Program-made: the position numbers and the translations under genes
The notes under the pieces: model-generated
Told to the model about the DNA's origin: nothing
The model's database searches: none
The model's input: the letters and a program-made list of their open reading frames with translations, nothing else
Shown: one piece after another, positions 31,131 to 42,587 of the stretch
How the letters are laid out: each line of letters opens with the position of its first letter
Numbering within the stretch: position 1 is the stretch's first letter
Assembly: GCA_963706285.1 (NCBI GenBank)
Contig: CAVPLU010000006.1
Location: 1 to 64,000, forward strand
DNA: 64,000 nt
DNA from: Candidatus Bathyarchaeota archaeon
GTDB taxonomy: Archaea; Thermoproteota; Bathyarchaeia; 40CM-2-53-6
Direction: 5' to 3'

Positions 31131-32141
31131 TCATTTCTTCGATGTTCCGCGATCTCCGGGGCAGTATGTGTCTGCAAGATAAGTCTGCTTTGTGTCTTTG
31201 ATGCGTTCACTGATGATCGAATCGATAGCTGCCATCGCTTTGGGGTCGAGAGACCATCCCGCAACCTCTCCAACTGTCTTCAGCTGTTCTGGTCGACGTG
31301 CACCCCATAGAGCGATCGCAAGGTTCGTCCTATCGAGTACCCATCGTACCGCCAGTTCAAGAACACGTTTTCCGTATTTTTTCTGAGCGAACTGGTCGAG
31401 AAGTTCCACCGTCTTTAGGTACTCTTGGTAGAGGGGTGGTTTGAACTTTGGATCCATCTTTCGATGATCGTCCCCCGGGAATTGGGTGTCTGGGCGCATT
31501 TTACCGCTCAGCAGGCCTCGGCAGAGGGAGCCATACATGAGCATCGTAATGCCGTGCTTTTCACAATAGGGAAGGATATCCTGTTCGATGACGCGCTCAA
31601 ACATATTGTATGGCGGCTGGAGCGTATGAAGCGGGGCCACGTTGCGAAAACGTTCCATCTGTTCCACGGAGTAGTTGCTCACTCCAATTGCCCTGATCTT
31701 GCCCATTTCGTAGAGTCTTTTCATCGCTTCCGCGGTTTCTTCTATTGGAACTAGGGGGTCTGGCCAATGCACTTGGCATATGTCGATGTAGTCTGTGCCT
31801 AATCGTTTCAGAGACTCGTCGATTCCTTTGAGGATTTGTTCTTTCGTCGAATTCCGATAGAACCATCCGTCTCGGTTCTCCAAGCCGACCTTTGTCGCAA
31901 TGATGATACTTTCTCTGTTCCCATGTTTCGCAATCGCTTCTCCCACGATCTCTTCCGCTAGACCAGCACCATATGCCGGTGCCGTGTCTACGAGGTTGAC
32001 ACCACGCTCAAATGCAGCAAGCACCGTCCGAATTGACTCTTGTTTGTCAGATCCGCCCCACATGGCGCCGCCTATGGCATACGTGCCTAGGCCTATTCGG
32101 GACGCCTTGATGCCGGTTCCTTTGATCGTAATCTGCTCCAT
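31131..32141 (-). CDS. Aldo/keto reductase
   Basis: IGLGT, DTAPAYG, ATK, SLKRLGTDYID...HWPD, IGVSN. Confidence 0.93.
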   Translation of the reverse strand: MEQITIKGTGIKASRIGLGTYAIGGAMWGGSDKQESIRTVLAAFERGVNLVDTAPAYGAGLAEEIVGEAIAKHGNRESIIIATKVGLENRDGWFYRNSTKEQILKGIDESLKRLGTDYIDICQVHWPDPLVPIEETAEAMKRLYEMGKIRAIGVSNYSVEQMERFRNVAPLHTLQPPYNMFERVIEQDILPYCEKHGITMLMYGSLCRGLLSGKMRPDTQFPGDDHRKMDPKFKPPLYQEYLKTVELLDQFAQKKYGKRVLELAVRWVLDRTNLAIALWGARRPEQLKTVGEVAGWSLDPKAMAAIDSIISERIKDTKQTYLADTYCPGDRGTSKK

Positions 32142-32373
32142 CCTAGACTCCTCCCTTGGCAGATCAGCGGCCTCAGACAGTAGATATTGTTGTCGATTAT
32201 CTGATGGCTAGCGGGCAGCGAAAGGCGTGACTACTCGTTCTAGGACTGGAAGATCTTAAGAAGGTGTGTTGCGTGTGGTCGGGCACGCGGGGTAGGATCG
32301 TACGAGAACGGTAAGATCTGTCAACGCAGAAGAGTACGCAAAGCATGGGCTCTCAAGAGACAAACTGCTGCCC

Positions 32374-33312
32374 ATGCTTCGCAAGATGATTGAGATCAGA
32401 AGATTCGAGGAGCGCGTGGAACGACTCTTCCTGCAAGAAGGACTCCTGATCGGCCCATCGCACCTCTACTTAGGTCAAGAAGCGGTTGCAGCTGGTGCCA
32501 TAAGCGCACTGAACGATGACGATTTGATCGTAAGCACATACAGAGGTCACGGTCACGCCATCGCAAGAGGAGTACCGATGAACCCGCTGATGGCCGAGCT
32601 GTTTGGAAAGGCAACTGGCACCTGCAAAGGTCTTGGAGGATCAATGCACGTCTCAATATTCCCCGAGAAGGGCATATTGTACGCGAGCGCGATCGTGGGC
32701 AGCGGAGTGCCAATCACAGCTGGAGTGGGGCTCGCACTCCAACAAGCAGGTAGACGTCAAGTGGCGATGACATTCTTCGGCGATGGCGCTACCAATACAG
32801 GCGCCTTTCATGAGGGAATGAATCTCGCAGCGGTCTGGAAACTTCCCGTGGTCTTTGTCTGTGAGAACAACCTCTACGCCATGTCAACCAGAGCAGACAA
32901 AGCGATAGCAGCTGAGAGCGTTGCTGATCGCGCCGAAGCATATAGGATGCGGGCGATGGCCGCAGACGGTAACGACGTGGTGGCCGTATTCTTGTCGGCC
33001 AAAGAAGCAATTGAGAACGCACGCAAGGGAGAAGGTCCAACTCTCCTTGAATGTATCACGTACAAACTGAAGGGTCATGGTGTCTACGACAAGGCTGAGT
33101 ATAGACCGAAAGAGGAAGTTGAGGAATGGCGGAGACGTGACCCGATCGACACCTTCGAAGCCAAGCTTCTCAAGACGAAACTTGCAGCTCAAGCAGACAT
33201 CGATCAGATCGAGAAGGAAGTCGCCACTTCAGTCGAGGAATCTGTTGCATTCGCAAAATCGAGCCCAGTATTGCCCTTCGAGGAGCTCTCGAACTTCGTC
33301 TATGCGAGGTGA
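32374..33312 (+). CDS. 2-oxoacid/acetoin dehydrogenase E1 alpha
   Basis: HLYLGQEA, YRGHGH, GGSMH, TPP motif GDGATN...ENNLYA. Confidence 0.92.
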   Translation: MLRKMIEIRRFEERVERLFLQEGLLIGPSHLYLGQEAVAAGAISALNDDDLIVSTYRGHGHAIARGVPMNPLMAELFGKATGTCKGLGGSMHVSIFPEKGILYASAIVGSGVPITAGVGLALQQAGRRQVAMTFFGDGATNTGAFHEGMNLAAVWKLPVVFVCENNLYAMSTRADKAIAAESVADRAEAYRMRAMAADGNDVVAVFLSAKEAIENARKGEGPTLLECITYKLKGHGVYDKAEYRPKEEVEEWRRRDPIDTFEAKLLKTKLAAQADIDQIEKEVATSVEESVAFAKSSPVLPFEELSNFVYAR

Positions 33313-33318
33313 CACGAA

Positions 33319-34293
33319 ATGCGCGAGTTGACTTATGCCGACGCTCTGCGAGAGGCCCTGCGCGAAGAAATGCTGAGGGATCCAAAGGTCGTCCTGATGG
33401 GTGAGGAAATAGGAGTATTCGAAGGAGTCTACAAAGTCACGCGTGGTCTGCTGAAGGAGTTCGGTCCTGAAAGAGTGAGGGACACTCCGATTTCTGAAGC
33501 TGCGATTGCAGGTGCTGCAGTAGGTGCTGCGTTAGCTGGCCTCAAGCCTGTAGCCGAGATCATGTACATGGACTTCGTAACAATCTGTCTTGATCAGATA
33601 GCAACAAACGCTGCAAAGATGCGGTTCATGAGTGGCGGGAAGCTGAAGGTTCCCTTTGTTCTCAGGACACAGTACAGCCTTGGTCGAATGCACGGTGCCC
33701 AGCATTCCCAATTCTACCCGTCAATATTCTTCCAGGTGCCGGGTCTGAAGGTCGTCTTGCCGTCGACACCGTACGATGCAAAAGGTCTTCTGAAGGCTTC
33801 GATCCGAGATGACAACCCAGTTGTCTTTGTGGAAAGTGGCGCACTTTACAGGACGAAGGGGCTAGTTCCAGAAGAGGAATACGTACTGCCTCTAGGCAAG
33901 TGTGATATCAAGAGAAACGGCGATGACCTCACAATAGTCGCGGTCTCAAGGGTTGTCGGTGAAGCTCTTGCCGCGGCTGCCAAGCTGGAAGAGCAAGGTA
34001 TCACGGCTGAGGTGATAGATCCGAGAACTATTCAACCGCTCGACTCGAATACAATAGTTGAGTCTGTCAAGAAGACTGGAAGACTGATTATTGCGTCGGA
34101 CGACGTGAAATCAGGCGGAATCGGCTCTGAGATCGCGGCAATTGTGGTTGAAGAAGCTTTCGACTCGTTAGACGCACCAATTCTGCGCGTGGCATCGGCG
34201 GACATGCCGATTCCATTCTCGCCGCCGCTCGAACAGGCGTACATGGCAAATGCGCAGAAGATCATGGAAGCAGCAAAGAGACTGATCGGGTGA
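33319..34293 (+). CDS. 2-oxoacid/acetoin dehydrogenase E1 beta
   Basis: FGPERVRDTPISE, AQHSQ, EVIDPRTIQPLD. Confidence 0.93.
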   Translation: MRELTYADALREALREEMLRDPKVVLMGEEIGVFEGVYKVTRGLLKEFGPERVRDTPISEAAIAGAAVGAALAGLKPVAEIMYMDFVTICLDQIATNAAKMRFMSGGKLKVPFVLRTQYSLGRMHGAQHSQFYPSIFFQVPGLKVVLPSTPYDAKGLLKASIRDDNPVVFVESGALYRTKGLVPEEEYVLPLGKCDIKRNGDDLTIVAVSRVVGEALAAAAKLEEQGITAEVIDPRTIQPLDSNTIVESVKKTGRLIIASDDVKSGGIGSEIAAIVVEEAFDSLDAPILRVASADMPIPFSPPLEQAYMANAQKIMEAAKRLIG

Positions 34294-35486
34294 AAGCGAT
34301 GTTCAGGGTGACAATGCCTCGTCTGGATCCCGGTATGCAGTCGGGCAAGATCGTAGAGTGGCTGAAGAAAGAAGGAGATCACGTCGAAAAGGACGTGCCT
34401 ATTGTTCAGATAGAAGGAGAGAAGACCACTTTTGAAGTGAACGCCCCGGGAGCAGGCATCGTCCGGAAACTACTGTTTGGGCCTGGTATGGATGTTCAGG
34501 TTGGACAGACTATCGCGCTTGTGGGCGAGCAAGACGAGCCGTTACCGACCGGCGCCGAAGCACCAGTGGCAAGCGAGCCTGTTGTAGTGCACGAACCGAC
34601 TGCGGCTCCTCCAATTTTACGAGTGACAGAGCCTTCAGCTTCACCGGTAGCGAGGAAGATGGCCAGAGAGGCGGGCATCGACATATCGAAGATCAGGGGC
34701 TCTGGACCTGGCGGTAGAATAGTTCGTGAAGATGTTCAGAAAGCAATCGAACAGATTAGCATACCGCCGGTAGCGGGCGCTGTCATGGTTCAAGAAACTA
34801 GGGCTGTCCCAGTTGCCAGGACGATCAAACTGTCGGGAAAACGGAAGGCTACGTCGGAGCGTCTTTCGTACGGTTTCCACACAACGGTTCCGGTTACGAT
34901 CACGATGGAGGCACGAATGGAGGCAGTTCTTGAGCAAAGGAGGAGCCTTCACGGCCGGACTGGTGAGGAGGTATCCATAACGGCTTACGTCGTCAAGGCT
35001 GCCGCGAGGGCTCTCGAGGATCACGAGATGATCAACTCGTCTCTTGAGGAAGACGAATTTCGAGTCTACGGTGACATCAACGTCGCTGTGGCAATCAACA
35101 CGCCCGACGGACTTGTGGCGCCAGTGATACCACAGACAAACAGGATGTCTGTACTTGAGGTTTCGCGGGACATTCGGGATCTGACAGAACGTGCCGTGCA
35201 GAACAGGCTCACCGTATGAGATCTCACCGGAGGCACATTTACGGTGTCGAATCTGGGCGGTTATGGTGTCGATCTCTTCGCGCCAGTCATCAATCCGCCG
35301 CAGTGTGCAATCATTGGTTTCGGCCGAACGTCCGAGAGACCCATAATTGTCGAGAAGCAAGTGCGAGTGGCGTCAATCACGACACTATCACTAGTCTTCG
35401 ATCACAGGATCGTTGATGGTGTACCTGCGGCGCAGTTTCTGCAACGAGTCAAAGAACTACTGGAGGACCCGAAGAAGCTTGATTGA
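34290..35486 (+). CDS. Dihydrolipoamide acyltransferase E2, with an in-frame TGA at 35217-35219
   Basis: Lipoyl domain (EGEKTT), E3-binding ASPVARKMARE...GSGPGGRI, GGTFTVSNLG and DHRIVDG in the same frame after the stop. Confidence 0.87.
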
Positions 35487-35503
35487 TCTCGGTCGCGCCG
35501 TCG

Positions 35504-36553
35504 CTATGGCGTGATCGCCACTTTGATCGCCGTGCCTTTCTGCATCAGACGTAGCGCTTCTTCGACCTCGGTGAGTCTCATTCTATGAGTGACGAGCTGG
35601 GCAACGTTAACCTGCGCTGTCGATATCAGCCTTAGGGCCTCACGCACATCTCTTGGCGTGTGATGGAACACTCCTCTCAACGTGAGTTCTCCGTAGTGCA
35701 TCAGGCCCGTGTCAATCGAAGCTTTGCTTCCCGCTGGACATCCACCAAACAGAACTGTTGTTCCGCCTTTCCTCGTGGCTTGCACGGCCAGCTCCCACGT
35801 CTCGGGTTTTCCAACCGCTTCAATGGTGACATCTGCTCCACGGTTCTCACTCAGCGCCTTCAATTTGGTGATTGAATTACTGGGAGCGACTAACTGGTCT
35901 GCTCCGAATTGAGCTGCCATCTGTAACCTCTCAGTGATCGCGTCTGTGACGACAACGGTCCTTGCCCCATGGATCTTCGCGAGCTGAATGTGCATCAGTC
36001 CGATCGGTCCAGCGCCAATAACGAAGACGAGATCGCCTGCTCGGATGCCGGATAGCTCGATTCCATGAACCACACACGCCAGCGGCTCCACAAAGGCAGC
36101 GGTCTCGAACGGTACATTTTCCGGTATTGCATGCGTGTTTTGCCTGACGATTCGTGCTGGTAACCGCACGTATTCGGCATACGCACCAGGAGAAGAGAAT
36201 CCAACAAGCACTTCATCTAGATGATCGCATAAGTTGGGTTTGCCGATCCGGCAGTAGTGGCATGACATGCATGGCGCTGAATTAGCCGCGACAACTCTCA
36301 TGCCCTTTTCAAATCCTTGGGCACCTTCGCCTACTCTTTCAACTGTGCCAGCGAATTCATGCCCAATAATAAGTGGAGGATTTGCGAGTCTGTGACCGCG
36401 AAGATACATCTTCAGATCCGTACCGCATGTGAGCGCCACATGATTACGAATGAGCAGCTCTCCCCTCGATATCTCTGGGATATCGACCTCTTCGACTCGC
36501 AGCACTCCGGGGGCATAGAAACGCGCGGCCAGCAACCAATGTTCACGTCCCAC
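35504..36553 (-). CDS. Zn-dependent alcohol/polyol dehydrogenase
   Basis: CGTD, GHE, CxxCxxC...C, GAGPIG. Confidence 0.92.
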   Translation of the reverse strand: MGREHWLLAARFYAPGVLRVEEVDIPEISRGELLIRNHVALTCGTDLKMYLRGHRLANPPLIIGHEFAGTVERVGEGAQGFEKGMRVVAANSAPCMSCHYCRIGKPNLCDHLDEVLVGFSSPGAYAEYVRLPARIVRQNTHAIPENVPFETAAFVEPLACVVHGIELSGIRAGDLVFVIGAGPIGLMHIQLAKIHGARTVVVTDAITERLQMAAQFGADQLVAPSNSITKLKALSENRGADVTIEAVGKPETWELAVQATRKGGTTVLFGGCPAGSKASIDTGLMHYGELTLRGVFHHTPRDVREALRLISTAQVNVAQLVTHRMRLTEVEEALRLMQKGTAIKVAITP

Positions 36554-36555
36554 GT

Positions 36556-37581
36556 CTACTCGTGAACCATGACCTTGAGAGATGACAGTGCATCATCTGC
36601 AGCTCGGAAGGCATTAACAACGTCGCCCAGACCAAAGCGGTGTGTTATCATGTTCGTCAATCGAATAGCCTTCTTGTCCATCATCTCCAAAGCCCTTTCG
36701 ATCTCTTTGTCTGTGGTTGAATAACTTGGCATCAGCTTGATCTCGCGTATGAACACGTTGCTTGCGTCGAATTCAAGCATGCTTCCTTGTGCAGGAATAC
36801 CGAAGAGGAGAATCTTGCCGCCTTTCCTTACTAGTGAAAACGCAGACTCTATTGCCTTCAGGTTTCCTGATGCGACTATTACATTGTCCGCTCCGATATC
36901 TCCGGTTGCGTCGAGAACGTGACTGCGCAAGTTTTTGTCGGATGCATTGAGTGTCTCGTCTGCTCCGAACTTCTTTGCCCATTCTAGTCTGGGCTTGATG
37001 ATGTCCATAACGATTATGGAGCGGGCACCGGACGCTCGAAGAAGCTGGATGTACGTTAGTCCTGCGGGTCCAGCTCCGATTATCAGAAAGCTGTCTCCCT
37101 CTGCAATACCTAGCCTGTCGAGTCCTCTTATGCAGCATCCTGTCGGTTCCGCGAAAGCAACTTCTTCGTAACTCATTTCGTGAGGTACTCTGAACACAGC
37201 TCCTTTGGTAACGTTCTCTTGGGGAACCCTGAAGTACTCCGCGAACCCGCAAGGGTCTATATTGCTTCTAGGAAACTCCTCACAGAGGGTCTGGTCGCCG
37301 TGAAGACAATAGTAGCAGGTCTGGCAAGGTACGTGATGGTGCACAACTATTCGATCGCCGCACGAGTAGTTCTCCACGCCCTCTCCCACCTCTTCGATTT
37401 CTCCAGCCACCTCGTGTCCTAAAATTGGGGGAGTCACCCTTACCCCACGGAGTTTCTCTAAGTCTGTTCCACATATACCGCACACTTTCATTTTGACGAG
37501 AAGCTCTCCGTGACCGATCCGTGGCCTCTCAACATTACGAAGCCCAAGCTTTCCCTGAGAATCAACGAAAGTAGCCTTCAA
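36556..37581 (-). CDS. Zn-dependent alcohol/polyol dehydrogenase
   Basis: CGICGTD, LGHE, CQTCYYC...C, GAGPAG. Confidence 0.92.
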   Translation of the reverse strand: MKATFVDSQGKLGLRNVERPRIGHGELLVKMKVCGICGTDLEKLRGVRVTPPILGHEVAGEIEEVGEGVENYSCGDRIVVHHHVPCQTCYYCLHGDQTLCEEFPRSNIDPCGFAEYFRVPQENVTKGAVFRVPHEMSYEEVAFAEPTGCCIRGLDRLGIAEGDSFLIIGAGPAGLTYIQLLRASGARSIIVMDIIKPRLEWAKKFGADETLNASDKNLRSHVLDATGDIGADNVIVASGNLKAIESAFSLVRKGGKILLFGIPAQGSMLEFDASNVFIREIKLMPSYSTTDKEIERALEMMDKKAIRLTNMITHRFGLGDVVNAFRAADDALSSLKVMVHE

Positions 37582-37936
37582 GATGCGGTCGAGTCTCTTC
37601 TCTGGCTTGTCTTATTGGATAAAGGAACCGCTTTCTCTCACATCTGCGAACCATAATGGCAAGCTTGAGGTTAGTTGTGAATACTTTCCTCAGGAACCCC
37701 TTCATGCACCGATAGAGAACTAAGTGGATGAAGTAGCACGTAGTCTCTTCACAATTTCGTTGAGACGGGTACAGAAGATGTCAAGGGCGAGATTGTACGC
37801 ATAGGTTGGTGCAGGGGAGATTCGTGCATCAGCCCAACACATGCTTTCCCCATATTTGGCGCAATTCTGATCTTTTCCAAGAGGTTCATGGACATCTGGT
37901 GTTAGACATCATGGGAGTTGGTGTTATTCATCGCCG

Positions 37937-38413
37937 CTACTCGATGATCACTAGTACTTGGCCCATCCCAACCGGCTCGCGTTCTCTAGCGTTGATCTGC
38001 TTGATCACGCCCGACTTGTTAGCACGGAGCTCGTTCTGCATCTTCATTGCTTCAAGAATGAGAACAACTTCGCCGGCTTCGACCCGATCGCCTTCCTTCT
38101 TCAACACTCTGACAACCACGCCTGGCATGATAGCTGTAATGGCATCCTCCTCAGCACGAGTCGAGATCGCGACTCCTTTGCGAGTTCCACTTGGCTTTTG
38201 TTCTGCCAGCCCTATGACCTCGAATGGGTGAGTGATACCGTCCACTGTAGCTGTGCCGCCGCTGAGCTCAACTTTATGGGCATTGCCTTGAACAATGACT
38301 GTGTTGTCTTTGATCGCGAAGGAGAATTCTTGTCCGTCAACCAGCAGCAGGTTGTCTCGGCGTTCAATTTCGTACGACACGGTATCTAGTACTAGTCTGA
38401 ACCTGTCTGCCAT
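37937..38413 (-). CDS. Biotin carboxyl carrier protein (1.3S-like)
   Basis: EAMKM biotinylation motif; start likely ATG 38413. Confidence 0.9.
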   Translation of the reverse strand: MADRFRLVLDTVSYEIERRDNLLLVDGQEFSFAIKDNTVIVQGNAHKVELSGGTATVDGITHPFEVIGLAEQKPSGTRKGVAISTRAEEDAITAIMPGVVVRVLKKEGDRVEAGEVVLILEAMKMQNELRANKSGVIKQINAREREPVGMGQVLVIIE

Positions 38414-38429
38414 CGTTGCCACCCGTTCG

Positions 38430-39928
38430 CTAGGCCGGGCCGTTGGCCATCTTCCATGGTGCAACTTGCCCAACGCGTCGTGTAGTCGCCCCGCTCTCGG
38501 TTTCGGAGTTTTCTTCAAGCAATAATGCTGCGACAGCTGCGGCTAGCTCCCTATCGCCAACTAATCCTCTAGCGCGTCGTTCCAATAACTGACGGCCGGC
38601 TTCCGGGAATAGTGCGTAGCAGAGGATGTCTTCTTCGGACTTTGCCAGGTCACCGACATCTTCTCTCGCCTTTTCCCATCCCGGCGGCAGCATATCGGCC
38701 GGCAAGTGATCGGCTGTTCATCCCCAATCGCCTTGCGTTGAAGCTCAGGATTGACCGGCGCCGGGGGCTTCCCATAGTACCCACGGATGTACTCCTTTAC
38801 TTCTTCAAGGATCATTTTGTAGCGTTCTCCCAACAGCACATTCAGTGTCGCCTGTGTTCCAACGATCTGGCTGGACGGCGTGACCAACGGCGGAAAGCCC
38901 AGATCCTCTCGAACTCGCGGCACCTCTTTCAGCACGTCATAGTAGCGATCCATTGCATCCTGTTGACGCAACTGGCTGATCAGATTAGAGAGCATACCGC
39001 CGGGCAATTGGAACTGCAACACGTTAACGTCAACACTGTTGGTGCCAGCCTCGAAGCTGGCATATTTCTTACGTATTTCGCCCACCTCGCGTGCAATCTC
39101 AGCCAAGGCAGCAATGTCCAAGCCTGTGTCGCGCTCAGTATCCTTTAGCGCAACCACAAGCGTCTCAGTAGGTGGTTGAGAGCTGGAAAGCGCCATTGAT
39201 GAGATGGACGTGTCCACAACATCCACACCGGCCTCCACAGCCTTCAGCAGTGTCGCTGTTCCCATGCCGCTTGTGCAATGTGTATGCAGCTGCACTGGGA
39301 GGCACACCTCTTTCTTCAGTACAGATACCAGTGCATAAGCCGCGTAAGGCGACAACAACCCGGCCATGTCTTTTATGCAGATAGAATCTGCACCCAGACG
39401 GGCCAGTTCATGCCCCATTCTCGCGAAAAGAGGGATGTCGTGTACCGGGCTGATTGTGTAGCAGATGGATGCCTGCACGTGTCCGCCTTCACGCTTCGCG
39501 ATCCTCATTGCAAATTGCATGTTACGAATATCATTTAGCGCGTCGAAGATCCTAAACACATCTATGCCATTGCGTTTCGCCGCCACGATGAAGTGCTCAA
39601 CAACGTCATCCGGGTAATGCTTGTAGCCCAACAAATTCTGACCACGCAAGAGCATCTGAAGGCGGGTGTTAGGCATCTCGCGTCTGAGTACGCGGAGGCG
39701 TTCCCACGGGTCTTCACCTAGAAATCGCATCGCGCTATCGAATGTGGCACCCCCCCACATTTCTACGGACCAGTAACCGATCTTGTCAAGTTTGGCAGCG
39801 ATCGGCAGCATGTCAGCAGTGCGCAAGCGCGTGGCGAGTAGCGATTGATGTGCATCACGCAGGACAGTTTCGCAGATCTTCACAGGATTCTTAGCGATTT
39901 CTGACACCCTCGGCTTCTTCACACGCAA
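38430..39928 (-). CDS. Pyruvate/oxaloacetate carboxyltransferase subunit (transcarboxylase 5S / PycB / OadA-like); frameshift near 38700
   Basis: RDAHQSLLATR, WGGATFD, IKDMAG, LHTHCT, PGGMLSN, PLVTPSSQ; the C-terminus continues in ORF 38430-38705. Confidence 0.88.
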
Positions 39929-39931
39929 GCA

Positions 39932-41482
39932 TCACAATGGAATATTGCCGTGTTTCTTGGGCGGGTTGTTATCCCTCTTGTTCTGCAACATGCGAAGGGC
40001 CTCGATCAAATGTGGCCGGGTCTCTCGCGGTTCGATCACGTCGTCCAAGTAGCCGTGTGCAGCAGCAACATATGGATTCGCGAATTTCTCACGATATATC
40101 TGTACGAGTTCAATGCGTTTTGCGACCGGGTCGTCGGCTTCAGCGATTTCTTTGCGGAAAATTATGTTAACTGCGCCATCTGGTCCCATTACTGCGATTT
40201 CGGAGCTGGGCCAAGCTACGTTGTAGTCGCCGCGTATGTGCTTGCTGCTCATGACATCGTACGCGCCGCCGTAGGCTTTCCTCGTGATTATTGTCAGTTT
40301 GGCCACAGTAGCCTCGCAATAAGCGTACAGTAGTTTCGCTCCGTGGACGATAATGGCGCCATGTTCTTGGTCAACGCCAGGCAGGAAGCCGGGCACATCT
40401 ACAAACGTTACGATCGGAATGTTGAATGCGTCGCAAAAGCGCACGAAACGTGCGCCCTTGATTGACGACTTAATGTCGAGCACGCCGGCCGAGACGGCGG
40501 GTTGATTTGCGACTATTCCTATGCTATGTCCACCCAAACGTCCAAAGCCAACTACGATATTTGGCGCAAAACTCCTGTGAATTTCGAAGAATTCTCCGTT
40601 GTCAACGATTATGCGAATGATTTCTTTCATGTCATACGGCTTGCTGGGATCATCTGGGACGATCGTGTCGAGTCGCTCATCCATCCGTTGTGGATCGTCG
40701 TTGGTCTCGACGTGCGGCGGGTCTTCCATGTTGTTCGAGGGCAGGTAGCTAATCAGTTGGCGGATGAGCGACAAAGCTTCCGTCTCGTTATCTGCCGCCA
40801 TATGGCATACGCCGCTTTTTGTACTGTGCGCCAGCGCTCCGCCCAGTTCCTCAAATGTTACTTTCTCACGCGTCACGGTTTCTACCACATCCGGCCCGGT
40901 GATGAACATATGGCTTGAGTCTTTTACCATGAAAATGAAATCCGTCAGCGCAGGGCTGTACACTGCACCACCTGCACACGGGCCCATGATGGCACTGATT
41001 TGCGGTATTAGACCAGATGCCAGAGTGTTACGCAAGAAGATCTCTGCGTAGCCTCCTAAGCTGACCACCCCCTCTTGGATTCGCGCTCCTCCAGAATCAT
41101 TCAGCCCGATTATCGGCGCACCATTCTTCATCGCAAGGTCCATCACCTTACAAATCTTCTCGGCATGAGCTTCTCCAAGACTGCCTCCGAAGACGGTAAA
41201 GTCTTGGCTGAATACGTATACACGTCGTCCATCAATCATGCCCCATCCCGTCACCACGCCATCAGACAGCACTTTTTTTTCATCTATTCCAAAGTCCGTG
41301 GCACGATGTACGACAAACATGTCCAGTTCGTGAAAAGATGCTTTGTCCAACAGTGTCTCGATGCGCTCGCGAGCAGTCATCTTGCCTTTGGAACGCTGCA
41401 CCTCTACCCGGTTGGCACCGCCGGCCTCTCGAGCCTGCTTTCTCAGTCGGTGCAATTGCTCAGTCTTGTGATTAGTCGGCAT
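39932..41482 (-). CDS. Acyl-CoA carboxyltransferase (transcarboxylase 12S / MmdA / PccB-like)
   Basis: [45 protein letters not shown]. Confidence 0.93.
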   Translation of the reverse strand: MPTNHKTEQLHRLRKQAREAGGANRVEVQRSKGKMTARERIETLLDKASFHELDMFVVHRATDFGIDEKKVLSDGVVTGWGMIDGRRVYVFSQDFTVFGGSLGEAHAEKICKVMDLAMKNGAPIIGLNDSGGARIQEGVVSLGGYAEIFLRNTLASGLIPQISAIMGPCAGGAVYSPALTDFIFMVKDSSHMFITGPDVVETVTREKVTFEELGGALAHSTKSGVCHMAADNETEALSLIRQLISYLPSNNMEDPPHVETNDDPQRMDERLDTIVPDDPSKPYDMKEIIRIIVDNGEFFEIHRSFAPNIVVGFGRLGGHSIGIVANQPAVSAGVLDIKSSIKGARFVRFCDAFNIPIVTFVDVPGFLPGVDQEHGAIIVHGAKLLYAYCEATVAKLTIITRKAYGGAYDVMSSKHIRGDYNVAWPSSEIAVMGPDGAVNIIFRKEIAEADDPVAKRIELVQIYREKFANPYVAAAHGYLDDVIEPRETRPHLIEALRMLQNKRDNNPPKKHGNIPL

Positions 41483-41783
41483 GCGGGTCCATATTCGCTG
41501 CACTCCTAATAAGAGGTGTTTCGTTGTGACGCTATCATTGAATCAAACCCATATCCATATCCGTAGCATACTGGGTGAGGATCAACGCAATGCGCTTGTG
41601 CAGATTCTATGGCGTCGAGTTTGTCGCGAAAGATCATCCAAGCAAGAGGAACAAATCTACAAGGAGATCTGGCTGAGCGCAAATCGGATAGAAAGCCGTG
41701 TTGTGTTAGTTCTCGAAGCCTCTCGCCTATTTCCAATATGGTCCACATTTCTTCTCAGTGTGACCCTGTCGAAAAAGATACGC

Positions 41784-42587
41784 CTATGTGCGACTTCTGA
41801 TTTTCCGGACCGAGACGTCCCCTGAAAGTAGCCTTCGAATTGTGCCGTCTTGGGATTGGATGACTAGAGCACCATCAGAGTCCAGGTCTACAACTTCCGC
41901 TCTGTAAGATATCTTCTCTTCCTTGACAATAATCGACATTTTCAACATGTCGGAAAGTCGTTTCCACTCCGCGATTACGTGTGAGGAATCGCAGGCAAGT
42001 ATTTTTGCATAAATCGCCGAGAAGTCATTGAGGATCTCTCGCATCAACCAGTCGACATTCACGTTCGACTTCAACTCATCTAAGATAGATGTTGCCTCAC
42101 TCGCCAGCTCGACTGTCATCGAGCCAACGGAGTTGTTTACATTAATCCCAAAACCTATGATCGCGTGGCATTTGCTGCCTTCTGTTGTTGTTTCGGCAAG
42201 TACTCCGGCAACCTTTCTTTCATTTATGGTTACGTCGTTGGGCCACTTCAGCATGGCTCGGATACGAAAAAGGCGTCGGATCGTTGTCGCGACAGCAACT
42301 CCGGCAGCTAGCGGCAGAAGTGAGATGGTTGACATCGTCACCTCTGGCCGAAGGACAAGAGAGAACCATAATCCCCCTACAGGAGAAAACCATGTTTTGT
42401 TTCCTCTTCCTCTTCCGTGCTTCTGCGTAGCTGCGAGGACTACCGTCCCCTCAGGGGTGCCTTGCTCAGCAAGCTTCTTTGCAGCATCATTTGTCGAGCT
42501 CACACTATGAAATCGAATGATGATTCCGCCTAGGTGCGGGTCATGTTTGACAGAACCATCTCTTCTTGTAGGCGACTGCTGCTTCAT
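41784..42587 (-). CDS. birA: Biotin-protein ligase
   Basis: SSTND, Q..GRGRG..W.SP, KWPND, KVAGVL. Confidence 0.92.
   Translation of the reverse strand: MKQQSPTRRDGSVKHDPHLGGIIIRFHSVSSTNDAAKKLAEQGTPEGTVVLAATQKHGRGRGNKTWFSPVGGLWFSLVLRPEVTMSTISLLPLAAGVAVATTIRRLFRIRAMLKWPNDVTINERKVAGVLAETTTEGSKCHAIIGFGINVNNSVGSMTVELASEATSILDELKSNVNVDWLMREILNDFSAIYAKILACDSSHVIAEWKRLSDMLKMSIIVKEEKISYRAEVVDLDSDGALVIQSQDGTIRRLLSGDVSVRKIRSRT

Noticed and set aside
35217-35219. Selenocysteine codon
   Set aside because: The position is not a Cys or catalytic site in E2, and no SECIS was recognised.
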